64,000 bases of DNA, from positions 94,798,001-94,862,000 of the forward strand of contig OX597824.1 of NCBI GenBank assembly GCA_951406725.2, given 5' to 3'. Shown in pieces: positions 50,732 through 63,065 of the stretch (its first letter is position 1; every line of letters starts with the position of its first letter). The stretch comes from Octopus vulgaris. Lineage: Eukaryota. A program made the translations under genes and the position numbers. Below the pieces are notes generated by a model. It saw nothing but the letters and a program-made list of their open reading frames with translations, had not been told where the DNA came from and did not search any database.

Positions 50732-52591
50732 TACATATTTTTGCAGAACTGCAATAAATTATTGGCAAACCGGGAGAACTAGTTCAGTTTTCAATGATAC
50801 CACTTTACTTTCTAAGAAATGTTTTATTTTTGCATATTAATAGCTGTATAGTATATACTAATAAATAACTAGTGAATTATAAAGAAATTTCATTCATTAG
50901 TTATTGTGGTTTCTTGACAAAGTATCACAAAATCCATTTATCGTTTGTTGTAACTGTTTAAGAACAAAAGTAGCTATTGTTACTATTCTGTGAAGAACCA
51001 AAATGTTTGCATTCATGTCTGAAGCCTTGTTTTTGTTCTCGTTGTTGTTGTTATCATATCACATTATCTATACTGTAATCATCATTATGTCATGTTCTGT
51101 TTTTGACCATCATTTTCATTTTGTATCACCATTTTCATCTTGCGTAACCATTAAATTTGGCCCATCAGATTTAGTATCTCTGAGTTATTGTATAGAGCCC
51201 CTCTGTACCTTTAGGGGGTAGTGCTTGCGATCTTTCTTTTTCTCATTTAATAATGTGCAATTTGGTAGGTTCTCCCTATGTACCCTAAAAAATTAAGTAC
51301 AAAAAATATTGATTTTAACAAGAAACACATTTTGTTAGTGAGAAGCTTGGGCAAATTCCTTCAGTTCCCTTCCTTTTCACTCTTCATAAGATATTCTTCG
51401 AATATGTCAGTCTTAAATTGTGAAATTGTTGTATCTGTTCATTTGGCAACAAGTTCATTATTATAAAGGGAAAACGTTAGCAACTGCACAACAAAGATAA
51501 TTTTAAGGTTTGATCAAGATTGGAGCCTGGTGCGGCCATCTGGTTCGCCAGCCCTCAGTCAAAATCGTCCAACCCATGCTAGCATGGAAAGCGAACGTTA
51601 AACAATGATGATCTGAGACCTGAAAATGTTGACCCGCAAACCCATTTTGATGGAAATCGAAGCATTGCTTGAATAAAACATTTAGCAATTTGTATGTATT
51701 TCACATCCAAAACCAAAAATCACGCAAATTCTTCTCAGTCCAGAATTATCATACTGGAGGTCTACCACTAGCTTCTCTTGCATACCTGTGCAGCCTGCAA
51801 ACAGTTGATTATTTGTGATGAAAGATTTAGAAAGTAGCCATTAAGTTTCTGTTTTCGCTTCATAAGATGCTCAGTAATGGAATTCTTTGAGTATGGTGGG
51901 GCTAAAAATCTATTGTCGATTTGAATTCTTTGTAACACGAAAGAAGGGGGGGGGATTGAAATAATTGGTAATTAGTTGGTGCTATGTAAAAAGCACCCAG
52001 CACACTCTGTAGATTGGTTGGCATTAGGAAGGGTTTCAAGATGTAGAGACAGGCAATTGGAGCCTGGTGCCGCTCTCTGGTTTGCCACCGCCACCTCACC
52101 CCAGTCCATGCCAGCATGGAAAATGGGTGTTAAATGGTGATGATGATGGTTGCATGTGTCAGTTGTTTTGTGATGAATTTATTATACTGCATGGCAGTGT
52201 ATACCATGCACAGTTGTACTCCCATACACGGTTATCTTCTTATGTAGATCTTGGGAATACGTGCACCTCCAGTTGAGAGTTTCAAATCATGTACATATTC
52301 GTCTTAATGAAGACCATCCTTCTCTCTCTAACACATAATGCCTCCCAATGTATTGGTTAGAAATTGTCTAATAAATGTTTTGTAAATGTGTTGCTATTGA
52401 TAAGCTTTCTTCCTTTGCTACCAAGACCCTAATCTTGCATTCCAGCACCTTTCTCTTGAACTCTAAATTGGGGGACTAAAAGTGTACTAAATCCTCTCTA
52501 ATGTGAGCATGTTAGAAATAATAATCTTAGTCACTGCCATGATTCTTACATTTGTAATTCAGACAATCTGTTGAATAATATAAAGCTAAAT

Positions 52592-52901
52592 AAAAAAGGG
52601 CACCATTCGAGCGTGATCGTTACCAACGTCGCCTTACTGGCACCTGTGCCGGTGGCATGTGTAAAAAGATTTGAGCTAGGTCGTTGCCAGTATCGCCTGA
52701 CTGGCCCCTGTGCCGGTGGCACGTAAAAAACAGCCACTACATTTTCGGAGTGGTTGGTGTTAGGAAGGGCATCCAGCTGTAGAAACTCTGCCAGATCATG
52801 ATTGAAGCCTGGTGCGGCCGTCTGGTTCGCCAGCTGTCAGTCAAAATCGTCCAACCCATGCTAGCATGGAAAGCGGACGCTAAACGATGATGATGATGAT
52901 A
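52592..52901 (+). mobile_element. Family C retroposon
   Basis: Reverse near-identity with 9034-9360 and a (GAT)n tail. Shorter copies at about 51515-51611 and 51983-52148. Confidence 0.85.
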
Positions 52902-53457
52902 GATACCATTAATTCTTTTAGTTTATCTGTGTTGCTTGATAAGCACTGACGGCACAGCGTCAAACAAACACCAGACAACAGCTATTGTCCATCACTTGAC
53001 CAGAATAAGAAAAACTAATTATTTCAGTCAATTATTGCAAATGAGCTGTTTTGTTCTACGTTGGATGTGAATGAAGGAATATGGCTGGGGAAAACCCTCA
53101 AGGAAGGCTCTTGAAATCTTTTGCTACATGTTTTTAGTTACAGTATCATGGACAGGAAATATTAAACTTAACAACAGATGGAGAAACTCCTGTCTGTTTT
53201 AAAAACAGTCCAAGCATGATCTAAGTTTGTTTGACTTATAAAAATCTTGGCTTGCTCCCAACTTTGTGTATATCATCAAGCTCTTTATTGGATTGTTAGA
53301 AATTAATTTGACAGGAAAGATGCATGATCACCTGAAAAGGTGTAGTGAAAAAAACAAAAACAAAAAACAAACCTTAGGTCGTTATGTTTCCAATGTAAAG
53401 TGCATGTTATTTAATGTTTTATATTTTAATGTTATTGATTTCCTTTATAAAAACAAA

Positions 53458-53629
53458 ATAGGTGCCGGAGTGGCTGTGTGGTAAGTAGCTTGCTAACCAA
53501 CCACATGGTTCCAGGTTCAGTCCCACTGTGTGGCATCTTGGGCAAGTGTCTTCTGCTATAGCCCCGGGCCGACCAATGCCTTGTGAGTGGATTTGGTAGA
53601 CGGAAACTGAAAGAAGCCTGTCGTATATA

Positions 53630-53684
<55 letters not shown>

Positions 53685-53900
53685 ATATGTTTGTGTGTCT
53701 GTGTTTGTCCCCCTAGCATTGCTTGACAACCGATGCTGGTGTGTTTACGTCCCCGTCACTTAGCGGTTCGGCAAAAGAGACTGATAGAATAAGTACTGGG
53801 CTTACAAAGAATAAGTCCCGGGGTCGATTTCCCCCGACTAAAGGCGGTGCTCCAGCATGGCCGCAGTCAAATGACTGAAACAAGTAAAAGAGTAAAGAGT
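53458..53900 (+). mobile_element. Family A tRNA-derived SINE
   Basis: Full length with (TA)n(TG)n centre and gtaaaagagtaaagagt tail. Confidence 0.9.
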
Positions 53901-54546
53901 ATAAGTTTTTGAAGCATGGAAATATACTTTATCCGGACAACCAGGATTTGAAGTTGATATAAATTATCCTAGCAGAATCCAGAATTTTCTGGCACTGGGA
54001 AAATTACAATCAGTTTTTAGTTGCCAAATTAGATTTAAAAATATAAGTTTTCCTGGAGCCTTTACACATGAAAAATTAGGCTAACTTTTAACTAAATCAT
54101 GATATATTGTTGCGACAAGCATATTGATGTTGTAGGCAAGAGTTATTGTATGATTAAAATAATCTCCAGTAAGAGAGTTTAGTAACTTTTTGTTTTGTGA
54201 GTCTTTCTGTTTTGTTTAATTTTTGCCTAAAAAAAAAAAAGAAGTCTTTCTGACCCCCACCCACCCTCCCTCTTCCTGTCTTTCTTTCTCTCTCTTTCTC
54301 ACACACTCTTCCCCCTCCCCCTAAACACCCTGGATGTTTTCACACACAAATATCATGATCATTACAATTCTTATTGTGCCTCCTGAACATAGCTGCTTCT
54401 GTCATGTACCCCAATCTTTTGTGGTTTCCTACCACTTGCAGAAACATTGCTTGCACGATGATATTTATGTTTCCAGATTCCATTGTTTGAGTTTGTGGTC
54501 TTCAGTTGTTTTAACTGGATGTGTGAGACGACTGATGGACATAGAC

Positions 54547-55305
54547 ACACCACCACCACCATTGCCACCACCACCATTGCCACCACCACCACCACCACCA
54601 TTGCCACCACCACCACCACCACCACCATTGCCACCACCACCACCACCACCACCACCACCACCACCACCACCACCACCACCACCATTGCCACCACCATTGC
54701 CACCACCACCACCACCACCATTGCCACCACCACCACCACCATTGCCGCCACCACCACCACTACCACCACCACCACCATTGCCACCACCACCACCACCACC
54801 ACCACCACCACCATTGCCACCACCATTGCCACCACCACCACCACCACCACCATTGCCACCACCATCACCACCACCACCATTGCCACCGCCGCCACCACCA
54901 CCGCCATTGCCACCACCATTGCCACCACCACCACCATTGCCACCACCATCACCACCACCACCACCACCACCATTGCCACCACCATTGCCACCACCACCAT
55001 TGCCACCACCACCACCACCACCACCACCACCACCACCACCACCACCATTGCCACCACCACCACCACCACCACCACCACCATTGCCACCACCATCACCACC
55101 ACCACCATTGCCACCACCACCACCACCATTGCCACCACCATTGCCACCACCACCACCACCATTGCCACCACCATTGCCACCGCCACCACCACCACCGCCA
55201 TCACCACCACCACCATTGCCACCACCACCACCACCACCACCACCACCATTGCCACCACCACCACCACCACCACCACCACCACCACCACCACCACCACCAC
55301 CACCA
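54547..55305. repeat. About 760-bp (CCA)n tract interrupted by TTG, TCA and CCG triplets
   Basis: Directly visible. Confidence 0.97.
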
Positions 55306-56040
55306 TTATATGTCATTGTTTTCTTGGTTTCCTTCCTGATGCTTCTGTAGAATAGAGAATAGGATATGATTCCATTGAGCTTCAGCAGTTGTTTTTTCTT
55401 GTTCTTTTTGCTTTTTTTCTCAATGACATTATGATATATAAAAAAAAAACAAAAAAGGGGGGTAGAAATTCATGTCTGTATACTAGGGTTGGGTTGTCTA
55501 TGACTGTCCTGTCCAGCAGACATTTTCTATGTTTCTTTTCAATGTAGTGAGATATGTATTTTAAAATATGTAATTTGCCTTGAACAAGTTGTTTGCCTGA
55601 CATGTTAATAGTTAAATTCAGATCAAGTTCATTTGATGTTTTGCTGTCCCTTTTGCCTCTAAGCATTTAAGTTAAATGTTCTTAGTGCCTAGCCATAAAA
55701 CACTGTAAGATACTGATCTAAATTCCTTGTTGATAATTACGATAATAAGAATTTATTTTGGCATAAATTGTTTCTATATTCTTTACTTATTTATATTTCG
55801 TTCTTTGTTACTTGATTTTCATTTTTAAAGTCTTCTGCAGGAAATAAAATTTTCTTTCCTCATTTAAATTCTATATCTTCAAATATTGTCTTAATTATTT
55901 TTTCTCGTTTCCGTAATATAAAAATCGGTTATTTTTTCCCAAGTTTAAATTATATTAATGATAACACAATGAAACTGTAATAATTAGAAGATGCCAGGCT
56001 ATCGGTGATAGTTATGAGTTTGAATTTTTCTCCAAATATT

Positions 56041-56477
56041 AGTTAGTTAGTTAAGTTAGTTAATTTTTTGGCTCAAAAGCAAAAAGCAAGGCCATGTAGG
56101 GGGACATGGGTGGTGTTCCTGTAAAGAGTTCAGGCCACTTGAGGTCAAGGGAGACTTAGAACAAAGCGGTCGTCAGCATCTTCACTATCTCGTCTGGCAG
56201 CTTGTTCCACGGATCCGCAACCCGGATGGAGAAAACTCCTCGCCTTCGATTGAGATAAAATCGTCGCAGGTAGAGCTTTTCGGAGTGACCCCGCAGCCAA
56301 CGCTCTGGAGCAGGAGGGAAGAACAGCTCTTTCGAGAGGTTACACTTTCCGCTTATGATGTTGTGAGCGAGAATGAGATCACCACGGCAGCAGCGTTTTT
56401 CTAGAGAATAAAGGTCGAGCGTCTTCAGCCTTTCTTCATAAGACAAATTCTTGAGACCAAGAACCATGCGGGTAGCC
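56041..56477 (-). mobile_element. 5'-truncated CR1-clade LINE 3' end
   Basis: ATRMV.GL..LSYEERL..L.LYSLE.R..RGDLI...RGHS.KL...FS.RV...WN.LP is the canonical CR1 ORF2 C-terminus. (TAAC)n tail at 56041-56062. Possible ATATT TSD. Confidence 0.9.
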
Positions 56478-57101
56478 ATATTGTGAGATATCTTATTGTA
56501 TGATGTAGTAAATTGACTGCTTTAGTTTGTCCACCTGAAAATAGCTTCCATCTTCACTTGCTGATTCAGAGATTAGCATCAAGAGGGCCATCTAGTTTCA
56601 GCAACTTTTTGAGTCTTAACATTCGCAAAAAGGAACCACCACCCTGTACAGCAGCTGCGATAAAAGAAGCAAAGTGATAACTTTAATTTTATAATTCATT
56701 GAGAATTCATTTTGTGTTCAAGCTGCCTTTTCCTGGCAGGTATTTATCAAGCACAAATTCTGTTGATTATAATATTTGTTTCTCTCATCGGCATTATTAT
56801 GCTTTGATTAAATTAAAGTATCTCACACTGCTTATTATAAAACAGATATTTAGATTGTAAGGAACCAGAATACTTGTGGTACATGTTGGATTGATATGTA
56901 AATTCTGACCTGTTTATTTTGAATGTAGAAATTAATCTTATATTTGTTATCCTCATTACAAAAGAAAGACATGTCTTAAAAAGATAAATGTTTGATTAAA
57001 TATTAACCATAGAAATAAAGGAATAGAAACATCAATGAACTTCATTCGTTTTAGTAAAAAATATTTTAGTTCTTAATGTTAAATTTATTCATCTTACACA
57101 T

Positions 57102-57150
<49 letters not shown>

Positions 57151-57317
57151 GTAATTTAGTTTGAAAAAGAAACTGTTAAAAATCCAAATAGCTATGTTTT
57201 GAGAATCCTTTTCCAAATATTGACCCTTTTTTTTTTCTATCTAGAAATACGAACACAAAATTCAATAACTTCCTTTGGCATTTGTCTCAATGTTTTTTCT
57301 TTCTTTTTTCTTTGTAG

Positions 57318-60300
57318 GTCTAGGGGCATTGTCCCCATCTCTCTCCCCACATACAAGTTTACCACCAGCTCGTGGTCTTGGGGGTATTCCCCAAGTAAAC
57401 TATGGCCATCCATTACACAATTCAGTCACTCAGTTTTTGGATAGTATGAATCTACAATCATCCTTCCCTAGCCAATCACATTACAAACCGGTTCCCACCT
57501 CTTTTCCTTTTGATTCAGCTCCTCGGTCATCGGCAGAACAACCAACCTGTTACAGCTCGGGGAGGTACGTGACCTCCTCTCACAGTGGAGTTCCTGCTCA
57601 CAGTAAATCTCTCTTCAATCAAGATTTTCATTCAAGCAAAGATTTAGCCAGCAGCCTCACCCCATCTCCTATGTCACCCAATCCTCATGTTCCTGAAGCA
57701 AGTAGCAAAAGCTGGAGTCTGTCTAATTTTGTCCCAACCTCATCAAATCCCTTTGCAAATCTCACTAACGAGCTCTCTGGACCAGGAAATTATGCGCCAG
57801 CGTCTCCTAGTCCCCAACAACACATTCCTCCCCCAGCTCACAGCACCAACAGAGCAATCAGTAGTCTTTCTCAAAGAAGCCCCTACCAGCCAGACCCTAT
57901 CTACTGTTCAACTTCTCTACCTAGTAGTAAGTCGGTTCCATCTCCACAGTTACCGCCAGTCTATAGCCGCACCACTTCACAATCAACAAAACCGGCCCAC
58001 TCGCCACAGTTGCCTTCTTCATACAATATGTCCAACATGAATCATGAGCAACAACAACCTGCTACCCCCCTCTCTCAACCTCCAACACCAAGACCATCAA
58101 ATTATTCTTCCCCCCAGGACTTGGAAAATATGTCTGGCTCACAGTCACCCATGTATGATCCCTACAGCTGCATCAGTACTAAAAGTTATTCTGTAGCATC
58201 TAGTGCTCCCACTTACTCTTCTGTAAATCATGTGACACCCGAGATGGGCTATGATCCTGTTAGTCCAACTCAACCACTCTCCGAACAACCATCTCAACAG
58301 CATCAACAGGGGGATTCTTTCTGTACAGTCTCTTTGCAAGATTTGGCTTCAATTGGATCTAGTCAAGACCGCATGCAAGATATGAAAAATCGAGAAAGTG
58401 TGTTGCTTCAAGAAACCTCTCATATCATGCTGCACAGTACTGCCAATAAGGGAGTCTCTCCTTCACTTTCTGATCTGCAGCAGACTGTCCAGAGTATCAC
58501 CTCACGCCCTCAGACTATTCCAGCAGCACACAACATGCATAATGGCCAACTTTCTCAAAGTGTTCACAGTCCCATGCAGCAATCACCTATCAGTGTGGGG
58601 AGTCCGCAGGCTCCAATAGCACTTGGAAGCCCGCAGACTCCTCTTCCCAGTTCCACTATAGTGCAAGCACCTCCTCCAGTTCAAGCGGTTGCTGATTCAA
58701 CAACCAAACCCAAACGTGGACGTGGACGCAAGAAGAAAGACATAATTTATGACAAAGCTCTTGAACTTGGACAAGAACATTTATTTAATGAAGAACCCCT
58801 AAATATGACGCAAGGAACAGCCAATGTATTCCCCAACATGGCACAAGTGATGTCGCAACAGTGCCATGACACCCTTCCTCCACAACCATTAACTGAAGAT
58901 ACCCTGAGCCCCACTTACCAAGACCACGTTGACGAACAGCGACTCAAAGTTCAGAACGTCAGTCCTGTTTTAGACCCTTCTTTATCTGTCGGTCGCTTAA
59001 ATGACCACCACCAGGATGCATCTCCTGTAAGTATGCAACAGTTTTCAGTACGAGGTAATGTTGAGAGCTCTCAACATGGATCTGATCATGTGACAAACAT
59101 GCACCCCCCATCAGTATCTGGTAGTATTGGTAGTCCACAAGGTGTTTTATCGGAGGATATGCCCAGTGCCGCTACACCTCTCTCTGAACGTATTGAACAG
59201 CCATCTGCCATTACTGACCAATACTCAGATAGTTTAACTCCACCCACAACAACGCCAGATCTACCAGATATTCAGAACTATGGTATGAGGCGCTTGACTG
59301 AATCATCTTATGTTAATACGATGGCATCCCAACTTGGCCCCGGCCAGATGAATTTGCACCAGCAGGATCCAATGTGCCAAGACAGTATGACGCTTTCTAA
59401 GCAGAATGCATCTTTGCAAATGCAACCTCCTCCATCTTACATGAACTTCTCTCAGGTATCAACGCCAAAAGATTTGGTACCTGCTTCTAACAGTTTTGAA
59501 GATTTAGCTATGGATAAAGATGGTGATGCACCCGAATTCGATGATTTAGTTGATGCCAACACTGCTGATACGAAGCGACAGTTGCTCTCTCAAGAAGACG
59601 AGACCATTGGAGCAGCTATGGCTACCATTTCTGCTGACTTCTCTTTGTCCGATAAAAAGCAAAAAAGAAGTCGTACTAAAGCAGAACAAAAACAAATGCC
59701 TACCAATGTAATAGCTGTTACACTCCAGGCTGAGTTTGATGAAGAATTCCAACACTTGCAAGATAAAGTTATGCTTGATGGTGAACTGCTGAGAAAAACG
59801 GAGAATAAATCCAAAAAGTGTTTTGATGCTTTCCAAGAAAGCTACATAAATTTCTTACAAGGTAAAAAAACAGAGACGCTCTCCAGCCTGAGTTATTCTA
59901 ATATTACTAGACGCACCCATGCTACGAAATATGATCCAAGGTTTTATAATTCTATATTAAATAATTTGCCAGTTGGTGATTTTGGAACTGGGTATAAAAG
60001 ACCTCTTACTACTACAACAGATTTGGGCAGTTCTAAATTGAATGATACATTGGGCATGAATCAGCCTGCAACCCCTTTTTCTGATGAGGAGAACAGTATT
60101 AATACAGTTGAAGATTTATTTCAGAATCTTTGTGATAACTTTGAATCTGACAATCAGATGCATAGACAGTCAGTAGAGTTTGGACGGGGTCCTCGTCGTG
60201 GGCGGGGAGGCCGTGGCAGTAGAGGGCCCCGTGCAAAACGAGCACGTGGTAGGAGCCGAACTTTCTCTGGTGAAAGAGAAGTTATGGAGTTCTTTGATAA

Positions 60301-60413
60301 AGGAACAACAGAAAACGATGTTGAAAAACCCATTGTACCTGTGTTACCTTTAAGGCAAACTTCTTCTCGTAAGGCAAAAGAAAAAACCCTCACACGAAGA
60401 AAGCGCAAAAATG
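57318..60413 (+). CDS. 3096-nt internal coding exon of a Ser/Pro/Gln-rich nuclear protein, putatively QSER1/PRR12-like
   Basis: Open for over 1000 codons of non-repetitive sequence. Acceptor ttcttttttctttgtAG| and donor G|GTAAGT, phase 1-1. Contains an AT-hook-like KPKRGRGRKKK, an RG-rich segment and FQESYINFLQGKK. The exon is well supported; the family call is from memory and much less certain. Confidence 0.9.
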
Positions 60414-60716
60414 GTAAGTCAGACTTTTAGTTCCATTTCGTAATATTTTTTTCCAGGTTTTTATGTTCTCAGAACCTGTTTTAAATTAACTGTATTGCTC
60501 TTTTTTTTAAAAAATGCTAATGAATGTTTTATTCCTGAAAGATTTTGGTTTATGTGTCTTGAGTTGAACCTTGTCACTGCCATATTCTGCTTGCTTAGGC
60601 CAACCTAGGTAACATCCCATTGACTTGAAAGTTGCCTTGTATCAATTATTGATGACAATGATAGGCTTGTCCCGTTCATTCGATATTATGGTGGAATTTG
60701 TTTATTTCATGCTGTG

Positions 60717-60944
60717 TATGAAAGCATGCTGAAAAGTTTCTGGCTTTGGACAAAAAAAAAAAAATCCCACAGGAGGATCAGTTAATTATGATTTTAGTCA
60801 ACACATTCCACTTTGAGATTTATATGCTTATTGCAGTGACCCTTCAGTTTTACTAAGCCCTGTAAAACAACTCAGAAAGTTGGGCCTCCAACCAAGCCTT
60901 TTGCGATGCCCTTAAAGCCAGGAACCTTTCAGCACCCCCTTGTA
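60717..60944. mobile_element. Tc1/mariner-type MITE
   Basis: TA-flanked imperfect TIRs: tgctgaaaagtttctggcttt and aaagccaggaacctttcagca. Confidence 0.7.
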
Positions 60945-61549
60945 TATATTTGTCATAATTTTAACCAAAAAAAAGAAAAAAAAAGTAGAGATGGTTCTAA
61001 AAAAAATTTGGAACTCTTCAGACTGATATCATGTTAAACTTAAATTACATTCTATGTTTTCCTGTGATTATAATTGTTTCCATAGCAATTACATGAGGTG
61101 TGGGATTGTGTGAAATAGCACTTGTATTATGAGAACAACATTTTTTAACGGATAATATATCATCATTATTCTTAGATGAACTTATTCACTGTTGTAATAT
61201 TGTAATTTCTGAGAATTTCTGTGATTTTCAGTCTGGTTCAATTCACATCTGTGTGAATAAAGTGCCAAGAGTGTTATGGCAGACCATCAGATTTTTAGAA
61301 GTTTTGTAACATATAAAAATGAAACGAGAGCATTAAAATTGTTTTAAAACAAACACGAGTGCACACATTGCACTTTGTTTCAAAGGAATATGCACTCACT
61401 GGGTGTAGTGTATGAACGAAAAAGGTGCAACTTGCACTGGCGTAAATGTTGTTAGTACTTAACAGATTGGGCAGAAAGACTACAGAGTCGAGACATTGAA
61501 AGTGGTTCCATCTCCACAGTTAACTCCAGTCTAAAGAAGCACTACTTCC

Positions 61550-62532
61550 CAATCGACAAAACTGGCCCACTTGCCACAGTTGCCCCTTTCATATGTCCAG
61601 CAGGGCACAATCGACAAAACTGGCCCACTCGCCACAGTTGCCCCTTTCATATGTCCAGCAGGGCACAATCGACAAAACTGGCCCACTCGCCACAGTTGCC
61701 CCTTTCATATGTCCAGCAAGGCACAATTGACAAAACTGGCCCACTTGCCACAGTTGCCCCTTTCATATGTCCAGCAGGGCACAATCGACAAAACTGGCCC
61801 ACTCGCCGCAGTTGGCCTTTTCATATGTCCAGCAAGGCACAATCGACAAAACTGGCCCACTTGCCACAGTTGCCCCTTTCATATGTCCAGCAGGGCACAA
61901 TCGACAAAACTGGCCCACTTGCCACAGTTGCCCCTTTCATATGTCCAGCAGGGCACAATCGACAAAACTGGCCCACTCGCCGCAGTTGCCCCTTTCATAT
62001 GTCCAGCAGGGCACAATCGACAAAACTGGCCCACTTGCCACAGTTGCCCCTTTCATATGTCCAGCAAGGCACAATTGACAAAACTGGCCCACTTGCCACA
62101 GTTGCCCCTTTCATATGTCCAGCAGGGCACAATCGACAAAACTGGCCCACTCGCCACAGTTGCCCCTTTCATATGTCCAGCGGGGCACAATCGACAAAAC
62201 TGGCCCACTTGCCACAGTTGCCCCTTTCATATGTCCAGCAGGGCACAATTGACAAAACTGGCCCACTCGCCACAGTTGCCCCTTTCATATGTCCAGCAAG
62301 GCACAATCGCAAAACTGGCCCACTTGCCACAGTTGCCCCTTTCATATGTCCAGCAAGGCACAATCGACAAAACTGGCCCACTTGCCACAGTTGCCCCTTT
62401 CATATGTCCAGCGGGGCACAATCGACAAAACTGGCCCACTCGTCACAGTTGCCCCTTTCATATGTCCAGCAGGGCACAATCGACAAAACTGGCCCACTCG
62501 CCACTGTTGCCCCTTTCATATGTCCAGCAGGG
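61550..62532 (+). repeat. 58-bp minisatellite, about 17 copies, derived from the gene's own exon
   Basis: Unit caatcgacaaaactggcccacttgccacagttgcccctttcatatgtccagcagggca. Unit and flanks match exon sequence 57930-58065. Confidence 0.95.
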
Positions 62533-62574
62533 ATTATGAGCAACGACAATCTGCTACATTTTTTTAGTAATACT

Positions 62575-62830
62575 AGTTGTATTGCCCGTACTTGTTGTTA
62601 TCATGTTTACGGAAGGGAAACAAACTTCCCAAAGATATGAAGTTAAGAAAAGGATTGCTTTGAGTGTTTTTGTTGTGATGAAGGGGTTTCTAAACGGGAG
62701 AGCGAACCAGGATGAAGCTGTGTCTGTTGATGCCTGCTGAAGTTTCAGCCTCCCACTTCTGATTTCTGGATACTTATCTTCTTCTGGAATGGTAAATTTC
62801 ACTGACTCAGACATGTTTAGCATTGACATC
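62575..62830 (-). mobile_element. hAT (Charlie-like) transposase C-terminal relic
   Basis: EEDKYPEIRS.RLKLQ.AST....W...TKTLKAILFLTSYLWEVCFPSVNMI resembles the hAT dimerisation region (KALKILLPFxTxYLCExGFS). Confidence 0.6.
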
Positions 62831-62855
62831 TGTCCCTCTTATCCACTGAAGATGT

Positions 62856-63016
62856 ATAGGCGCAGGAGTGGCTATGTGGTAAGTAGCTTGCTTACCAACC
62901 ACATGGTTCTGGGCTCAGTCCCACTGCAAGGCACCTTGGGCAAGTGTGTTCTACTATAGCTTCGGGCTGACCAATGCCTTGTGAGTGGATTTGGTAGATG
63001 GAAAATGAAAGAAGCC

Positions 63017-63053
<37 letters not shown>

Positions 63054-63065
63054 ATGTGTTTGTGC
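62856..63065 (+). mobile_element. Family A SINE, 3'-truncated
   Basis: ataggcgcaggagtggctatgtggtaag head through (TG)n(TA)n. Confidence 0.85.

Noticed and set aside
53458-53535. SINE heads as functional tRNA genes
   Set aside because: A/B boxes are present but there is no proper cloverleaf, and each continues into a SINE body.
54334-55355. Poly-Pro (formin/extensin-like), poly-Thr, poly-Gly and poly-Val ORFs of about 300 aa
   Set aside because: All are readings of one (CCA)n microsatellite, with almost no synonymous codon variation and no convincing splice context.
57275-57317. ORF-track N-terminus MAFVSMFFLSFFFV as a signal peptide
   Set aside because: It is the polypyrimidine tract and acceptor. 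The exon starts at 57318.
61571-62640. 322-aa and 329-aa ORFs as a separate gene, or a CRISPR array
   Set aside because: Tandem 58-bp units without spacers, a frame-cycling period and a 1-bp deletion near 62309. The exon-frame left flank contains a TAA.
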